Source: Eledone cirrhosa (lineage: Eukaryota). Taken from it: a DNA stretch of 64,000 nt. The stretch is taken from NCBI GenBank assembly GCA_964016885.1, contig OZ024745.1:13330001-13394000 (forward strand). Reading direction: 5' to 3'. Below the pieces are notes generated by a model that was given only the letters and a program-made list of their open reading frames with translations, searched no databases and was not told the origin of the DNA. The translations under genes were made by a program, and so were the position numbers. Each line of letters starts with the position of its first letter. The stretch's first letter is position 1. Below, piece by piece: positions 56,023 through 64,000 of the stretch.

Positions 56023-57170
56023 AATGAGGAGATATTTATAAACCATGCACAATATTATATTAAGGCTCTTTCTGAATCTGGTTATGAACAATCAATTAAC
56101 TACATACCAAAATGCCATAACACAGCAATTCACCATAATAAACTTAACACTAGAACTAGAAATACCTTAGCATATAGCCAGATTGGCCGGAATTTTAGCA
56201 GTAACAGCACCGAGACAGGGAAGTTTAATGGTGGCAGCGGCCTGCTCCCCACTCCAAGTAGCAAACTAAAAATCAACCCTAGAATAGGAATGAGAAATGG
56301 GATGACAAGTAACAAATCCCCAGGTAATAATAACCCTAGAAAGGCCCCTACCAACTCCACTGGAACCCCTAGAAGGAATAGACCTAGAAATATCACCTGG
56401 TTTATTCTCATCTAATCTAGCCACTAATATCCCTAAACGCTTCTTCTCTATCCTATCTAACCCCCCCCCCCCCCCCCCCAACCATAGATATTACAAACTC
56501 TTTAATAAAAATAACATTAAAATCTCATTCTCCACAACACCTAACCTAGCTAGCCACATCGCATTCAGTAACCATCATAAACTAAGACAGTATAACTCCC
56601 ACACCGCGGTACCACCACCCTATCAAATACACCACGCCACTACACCAATAATTACTCTAGTAGCACACCTCCCCCATCTAATCCTTCTAGCACTGACCAA
56701 CCGCTTAGGTTAAACTACCCTACTCTCACTAACCGCAGAAGCAACTGCAACTGCCGTTACCCTAATGCATGCCCATTAAATGGACACTGCCTGACACCCA
56801 ACATAGGTGCACGGTTAAAACTGCTTCGAATACCAGCTCTTATATCGGGTCTACCTCTAACCCTTTTAAGGTACGCTATAACGCGCACTCTTTTTCCTTC
56901 CCGGACCCTAGCAACAGATGTTCGACATCTCTAGCTAGGCTCATTAAAAACCTTAAATTAAGCAACATTGAACACTCACTAAAATGGGATATTGTGGCTA
57001 GGGCCCAACCGTTCAATGGACGAAGAAAATCTTGTGATCTCTGTATTACCGAAGCATATTACATAACTCTATCACGACCTCTACCGATTAACGATAGAAC
57101 GGAGGTAACTATAACCTGTCAACATCGAAGCGCTAATTCCTTCGCCAATAGAATATTTGACCCAACATAG
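56020..57170 (+). pseudogene. PLE RT thumb/linker + GIY-YIG endonuclease, frameshifted
   Basis: NEEIF..YYIKALSESGY, RNITWF, KLFNKNNIKISFS, CNCRYPNACPL, YIGSTSNPFKVRYNAH, KWDIV..CDLCITE..NDRTE..CQH. Confidence 0.9.
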
Positions 57171-58122
57171 TCATCTAGCCCCGTTTTTACTTGTAGCTAA
57201 TAAGTTAAATAGCTATAACTAACTTAGATAATTATAAGTTACCCCCCCCCCTACATTGTCTCTCAATTAAACAATTTAAAAATTAGCACTTAACTATAAA
57301 CTACCCACAATTTCTAATCTCTCGAGGAGTTACTTCCCCTGAAACCACCCTCTAATTAGTAAGGTAAATATGTCCTTTGGCAGCCATCTTGTTACTCATA
57401 GGCAGATCTCACACAATGCAGCCTCGACAGATGAATATTGCTTGATTATGGCTGACAACTGATACAACCAGGACACCATAGTGAAATACCAATATATGGA
57501 ACATTACATTATGTAACATTCTCTCCTTATTTTAATTTATATTCCTTTGAAGTTCCGATGATCCACTCTGTTTTTAAATATGTTAATTATTTTCAACTGA
57601 ACCAGATCAATAATGATATATAGTCACCTGATCCAGAAATATTATATGGAGTAGCGAAACAATTGTAAACGGACATTATTATTATTAATATTATTATTAT
57701 TATTCTCTACATTCCTTACATCAAACTAAAATATGTTGACAATCTTTTAATAATGTCGTCCTTGTGAAATTTGTGGTCTTGTTTTGCTTAGCTAATGAAT
57801 ATATATATATATGTATTTTTATTTTTTACAAAATATATTTCTAAAGTTCCCCTTAAAAAATTGCTTTTCATTTTGCCTTGTTTTCGTACATCGTTTTGTC
57901 CTCTCTGTTATTTTCCTTGGTTTATCATTAATAATTTAAGATGAACGGATTACTCCCCCCTCCCCCTTTAATTTAACTGGCTTATCGTTATATATTTATA
58001 GATGATTAGAAAGACTATGAAGCACGTGGGATATTAAAGTTGTTTCTTATCGACCATACAACCACGACACATGATTTTTCAGTATAAAATAATTGTGAAT
58101 AAATCTGGGAGAGAATGCCTTG

Positions 58123-58167
<45 letters not shown>

Positions 58168-58238
58168 TTATGGTAAATATTAATGCAATTCAATTCAAGC
58201 ACTCAACGTACTTAATCCACATAGGAGTGACGGAGTAA

Positions 58239-58765
58239 ATATAGAATAAGGAAAAGCGAAGCAGTTTCAGATGTTCAAGTCATTTAATAATAATTGTTTC
58301 TACTTTCGGCACAAGGCCAGCAATTACCCAATGTGTTTCTGGTACTTTATTTTAACGACCCCGTAAGGATGAAAGGCAAAGTTAACCTCGGCGGGATAAT
58401 AATAATGCTGTGATATATATTTCAATGGCGACAGTGGCCACACTGTTCCGTGCGCCAGTGCCGCCACATCGTCAGACAGCTTGTTACATAATAAGGTTAT
58501 GTTTCCGAGGCAATCCAAATTGAATCGACATGGGAACGGACGAAGTGTGTGCTTTCGGGTTCTTCATCCGTTCCCTTGTCCCATGTCGATTCAATTTGGA
58601 TTGCCTCGGAAACATAACCTTATTATGTAACAAGCTGTCTGGCGATGTCGTGGCACTGGCGCACGGAACAGTGTGGCCACTGTCGCCATTAAAATATATA
58701 TCACAGCATTATTATTAAAAGACTTGAACATCTGAAACTACTTCGGTTTTCCTTATTTTATATAT
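58239..58765. repeat. near-perfect fold-back element interrupted by a SINE
   Basis: 58239-58294 plus 58398-58545 form the reverse complement of ~58561-58765; loop ~16 nt. Confidence 0.93.
58295..58397 (-). mobile_element. truncated SINE insertion with AATAATAAT target duplication
   Basis: Same family as 24438; AATAATAAT at 58286-58294 and 58398-58406. Confidence 0.8.
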
Positions 58766-58852
58766 ATGTAATAAACAACATAAGATAAGTATTTCATTTA
58801 CCAGTGGTTTCTTGAAGACAGATATTTATATCTGTCTTCAGTCGTCAGAATG

Positions 58853-59007
<155 letters not shown>

Positions 59008-59129
59008 CGAGATAGAAACGTATAAGACAAACATACCTTATTTGTAAACATAAAGATGTATTGTCATCGTAAGTTAGATATTAAAGAACAGTTTTAAATG
59101 ACACAAGTACTGCATGGCTGCGTTGGTCT

Positions 59130-62100
59130 CAGTTATCCAATGTACTGGGGGTGTATGTCAATTTACAGTTGACAGTAATCACAGTTATCCAATGTCCTGG
59201 TGGTGTATGTCAATGTACAGTTGACAGTAGTCACAGTTATCCAATTTCCTGGTGGTGTATGTCAATGTATAGTTGACAGTAGTCACAGTTGTCCAATGTA
59301 CTGGTGGTGTATGTCAATGTATAGTTGACAGTAGTCACAGTTATCCAATGTCCTGGTGGTGTATGTCAATGTATAGTTGACAGTAGTCACAGTTATCCAA
59401 TGTACTGGTGGTGTATGTCAATGTATAGTTGACAGTAGTTACAGTTATCCAATGTACTGGTGGTGTATGTCAATGTATAGTTGACAGTAGTTACAGTTAT
59501 CCAATGTCCTGGTGGTGTATGTCAATGTATAGTTGACAGTAGTCACAGTTATCCAATGTACTGGTGGTGTATGTCAATGTATAGTTGACAGTAGTCACAG
59601 TTATCCAATGTACTGGTGGTGTATGTCAATGTACAGTTGACAGTACTCACAGTTATCCAATGTACTGGTGGTGTATGTCAATGTATAGTTGACAGTAGTC
59701 ACAGTTATCAAATGTCCTGGTGGTGTATGTCAATGTACAGTTGACAGTAGTCACAGTTATCCAATGTACTGGTGGTGTATGTCAATGTATAGTTGACAGT
59801 AGTCACAGTTATCCAATGTACTGGTGGTGTATGTCAATGTATAGTTGACAGTAGTTATAGTTATCCAATGGACTGGTGGTGTATGTCAATGTACAGTTGA
59901 CAGTAGTCACAGTTATCCAATGTACTGGTGGTGTATGTCAATGTACAGTTGACAGTAGTCACAGTTATCCAATGTACTGGTGGTGTATGTCAATGTATAG
60001 TTGACAGTGGTCACAGTTATCCAATGTACTGGTGGTGTATGTCAATGTACAGTTGACAGTAGTCACAGTTATCCAATGTACTGGTGGTGTATGTCAATGT
60101 ATAGTTGACAGTGGTCACAGTTATCCAATGTACTGGTGGTGTATGTCAATGTATAGTTGACAGTAGTCACAGTTATCCAATGTACTGGTGGTGTATGTCA
60201 ATGTATAGTTGACAGTGGTCACAGTTATCCAATGTACTGGTGGTGTATGTCAATGTATAGTTGACAGTAGTCACAGTTATCCAATGTACTGGTGGTGTAT
60301 GTCAATGTATAGTTGACAGTGGTCACAGTTATCCAATGTACTGGTGGTGTATGTCAATGTATAGTTGACAGTGGTCACAGTTATCCAATGTACTGGTGGT
60401 GTATGTCAATGTATAGTTGACAGTAGTCACAGTTATCCAATGTACTGGTGGTGTATGTCAATGTATAGTTGACAGTGGTCACAGTTATCCAATGTACTGG
60501 TGGTGTATGTCAATGTATAGTTGACAGTAGTCACAGTTATCCAATGTACTGGTGGTGTATGTCAATGTATAGTTGCCAGTAGTCACAGTTATACAATGTA
60601 CTGGCGATGTATGTCAATGTACAGTTGACAGTAGTCACAGTTATCCAATGTACTGGTGGTGTATGTCAATGTACAGTTGACAGTAGTCACAGTTATCCAA
60701 TGTACTGGTGGTGTATGTCAATGTATAGTTGACAGTAGTCACAGTTATACAATGTACTGGCGATGTATGTCAATGTACAGTTGACAGTAGTCACAGTTAT
60801 CCAATGTACTGGTGGTGTATGTCAATTTATAGTTGACAGTAGTCACAGTTATCCAATGTACTGGTGGTGTATGTCAATGTATAGTTGACAGTGGTCACAG
60901 TTATCCAATGTACTGGTGGTGTATGTCAATGTATAGTTGACAGTAGTCACAGTTATCCAATGTACTGGTGGTGTATGTCAATGTATAGTTGACAGTGGTC
61001 ACAGTTATCCAATGTACTGGTGGTGTATGTCAATGTATAGTTGACAGTAGTCACAGTTATCCAATGTACTGGTGGTGTATATCAATATACAGTTGACAGT
61101 AGTCACAGTTATCCAATGTACTGGTGGTGTATGTCAATGTATAGTTGACAGTAGTCACAGTTATACAATGTACTGGCGATGTGTGTCAATGTACAGTTGA
61201 CAGTAGTCACAGTTATCCAATGTGCTGGTGGTGTATGTCAATGTATAGTTGACAGTGGTCACAGTTATCCAATGTACTGGTGGTGTATGTCAATGTATAG
61301 TTGACAGTGGTCACAGTTATCCAATGTACTGGTGGTGTATGTCAATGTATAGTTGACAGTAGTCACAGTTATCCAATGTACTGGTGGTGTATGTCAATGT
61401 ATAGTTGACAGTAGTCACAGTTATCCAATGTACTGGTGGTGTATGTCAATGTATAGTTGACAGTAGTCACAGTTATACAATGTACTGGCGATGTATGTCA
61501 ATGTACAGTTGACAGTAGTCACAGTTATCCAATGTACTGGTGGTGTATGTCAATGTATAGTTGACAGTAGTCACAGTTATACAATGTACTGGCGATGTAT
61601 GTCAATGTATAGTTGACAGTAGTCACAGTTATCCAATGTACTGGTGGTGTATGTCAATGTACAGTTGACAGTAGTCACAGTTATACAATGTACTGGCGAT
61701 GTATGTCAATGTATAGTTGACAGTAGTCACAGTTATACAATGTACTGGTGGTGTATGTCAATGTACAGTTGACAGTAGTCACAGTTATCCAATGTACTGG
61801 TGGTGTATGTCAATGTACAGTTGACAGTAGTCACAGTTATCCAATGTACTGGTGCTGTATGTCAATGTACAGTTGACAGTAGTCACAGTTATCCAATGTA
61901 CTGGTGGTGTATGTCAATGTATAGTTGACAGTAGTCACAGTTATCCAATGTACTGGTGGTGTATGTCAATGTACAGTTGACAGTGGTCACAGTTATCCAA
62001 TGTACTGGTGGTGTATGTCAATGTATAGTTGACAGTAGTCACAGTTATCCAATGTACTGGTGGTGTATGTCAATGTATAGTTGACAGTAGTCACAGTTAT

Positions 62101-62238
62101 CCAATGTACTGGTGGTGTATGTCAATGTACAGTTGACAGTAGTCACAGTTATCCAATGTACTGGTGGTGTATGTCAATGTATAGTTGACAGTAGTCACAG
62201 TTATTCAATGTGCTGGCGATGTGTGTCCGTGTATAGTT
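59130..62238. repeat. 52-bp tandem satellite, ~60 monomers
   Basis: CACAGTTATCCAATGTACTGGTGGTGTATGTCAATGTA(T/C)AGTTGACAGT(A/G)GT; period 52 (59181, 59233). Confidence 0.99.
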
Positions 62239-62619
62239 TCGGTGTTGTTGATTATAACCGACTCTGAACTTTGTAGCTTTAGAAAACTCTCGTGTAGAGT
62301 CCCACTGCGTCTGTTGTATGAGACGGAGAAAGTGTGAGAGAAAGAGAGCTAGATAGATAGGGAGATAGATGGCAAGGTGTGAGAGAGAAAGGAGTAATGT
62401 AAAAGAAAGAGGTGAAGTAAAGTGTGTGTTAAGGAATTGTTTAGGGATACTGTGTATTAAGATTGATTTCTTGCCTCACACAAGAATAAAATAGGTCAGC
62501 AAGTGCGTCCCTCAATCTCTGGCTCCTTGCCTGGTTGTCTCTCTCTCTCTTTACATATAAGGCAAATATATTCATAGTCTCTTCACGCCGACCTTTTATT
62601 TTTCTTGGTGCAATACTTG

Positions 62620-62670
<51 letters not shown>

Positions 62671-62999
62671 GTGTGTGTGTGTATATATATACGAGTGTGT
62701 GTGTGTGAATGTATGTATATATATATATGTGTGTGTATATATATATGTCTCTATGTATATGTGCACGTGTGTGTGTGCGTGTATGTTTCTGTGTACGTGT
62801 GTGCATGTGTGTGTAGGTAGTGTGTGTCATTAAAATGACTGTCCCAGGGTAGAACACACATAAATGTCACATCCAACAATGTAACACATTGGTGTGATTT
62901 CTGCAGCTTATTCCTGTAAAATATCTATTGTGTGTGTGTACGTGTGTGTGTGTGTCTACATGTGTGTGTGTGTACGTGTGTGTGTGTGAGGGACAGAAA

Positions 63000-63079
<80 letters not shown>

Positions 63080-63576
63080 TTGTGTGTGTGTGGGAAAAAT
63101 GTGTGTGAGGGACAGAGAGTGTGTGTAACACTAAAAGTCGCCACCCCTCCCCAATAGGAGTCTAATCCGCCGCCATACACCCATCTACAGGTCCTCCCAT
63201 GTTAGCTAGCAGCCAGGTAAGTAGTACTCATATCAATGTGCTGTTATAACAATCACCTTAGTGAATGGTAGACTAGCAGTGCTGCCACTGGTTACACTGC
63301 ACACACACACACACACACAGGCATACATATATCTAAATATGCATGTACACATGTTAACACACACGCACACACATTTATACATATATATACATATATATAT
63401 ATATCTACACACACTCCCTACACACACACAGACACACTGTTGTCGCCATTAAGCCAACAAGTCCAGACAAGAACCATCCAGGTATACTCTACAGATGTAT
63501 CAATCGTTCTACAACTTTCTCTTTGTCTTCCCTTTCTCTCTTTCTTCTTAGACTAGAAACCTCCATGATTACATCG

Positions 63577-63661
<85 letters not shown>

Positions 63662-63684
63662 GTATATATATATATGTATGTATG

Positions 63685-63791
<107 letters not shown>

Positions 63792-64000
63792 GAAAATTAG
63801 AGTTAAAACTCAATTGGAACCCTGTAACTATTAAGCTCAAAGTATAAATACTGAGCCGATTAATAATATATAGAGCTTTAACTCTCATTTTCATATATAT
63901 TTCTGCTCCCTCACAAGTTGAGCTTATTAAGTTGTGTGTGTTGGGCTGTTATTTCTATTCAATACACGCTTACCACGTTTGACTAGCGGCGCACGAGGTG

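Overview
Repeat-dominated eukaryotic DNA with no recognisable intact host gene. The SINE motifs, dense (TA)/(CA)/(TATG) microsatellites and TE mix suggest an octopus/coleoid cephalopod genome (inference). Bases 1-23.5 kb are a 47-bp satellite (~500 monomers, open at the left edge) with multi-monomer duplication blocks; a 52-bp satellite lies at 59.1-62.2 kb. Between them are degraded Penelope-like elements (PLEs; one RT+GIY-YIG copy between ribozyme-bearing direct repeats, plus GIY-YIG fragments), RTE and R4/Dong LINE remnants, a Chapaev3-like DNA transposon remnant and tRNA-SINEs. The most unusual signals are RNA-structural. Three fold-back modules at 45.3-46.8 kb, nested in (TA)n, have arm mismatches that are overwhelmingly G.U-compatible on the + strand (34 G.U vs 6 A.C by hand count), and one carries a type I hammerhead in its loop. 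At least six hammerhead cores occur in the window. A candidate HDV-like ribozyme sits at the exact 5' end of a tandemly nested non-autonomous RTE derivative. All counts and structures were derived by eye and need computational confirmation.
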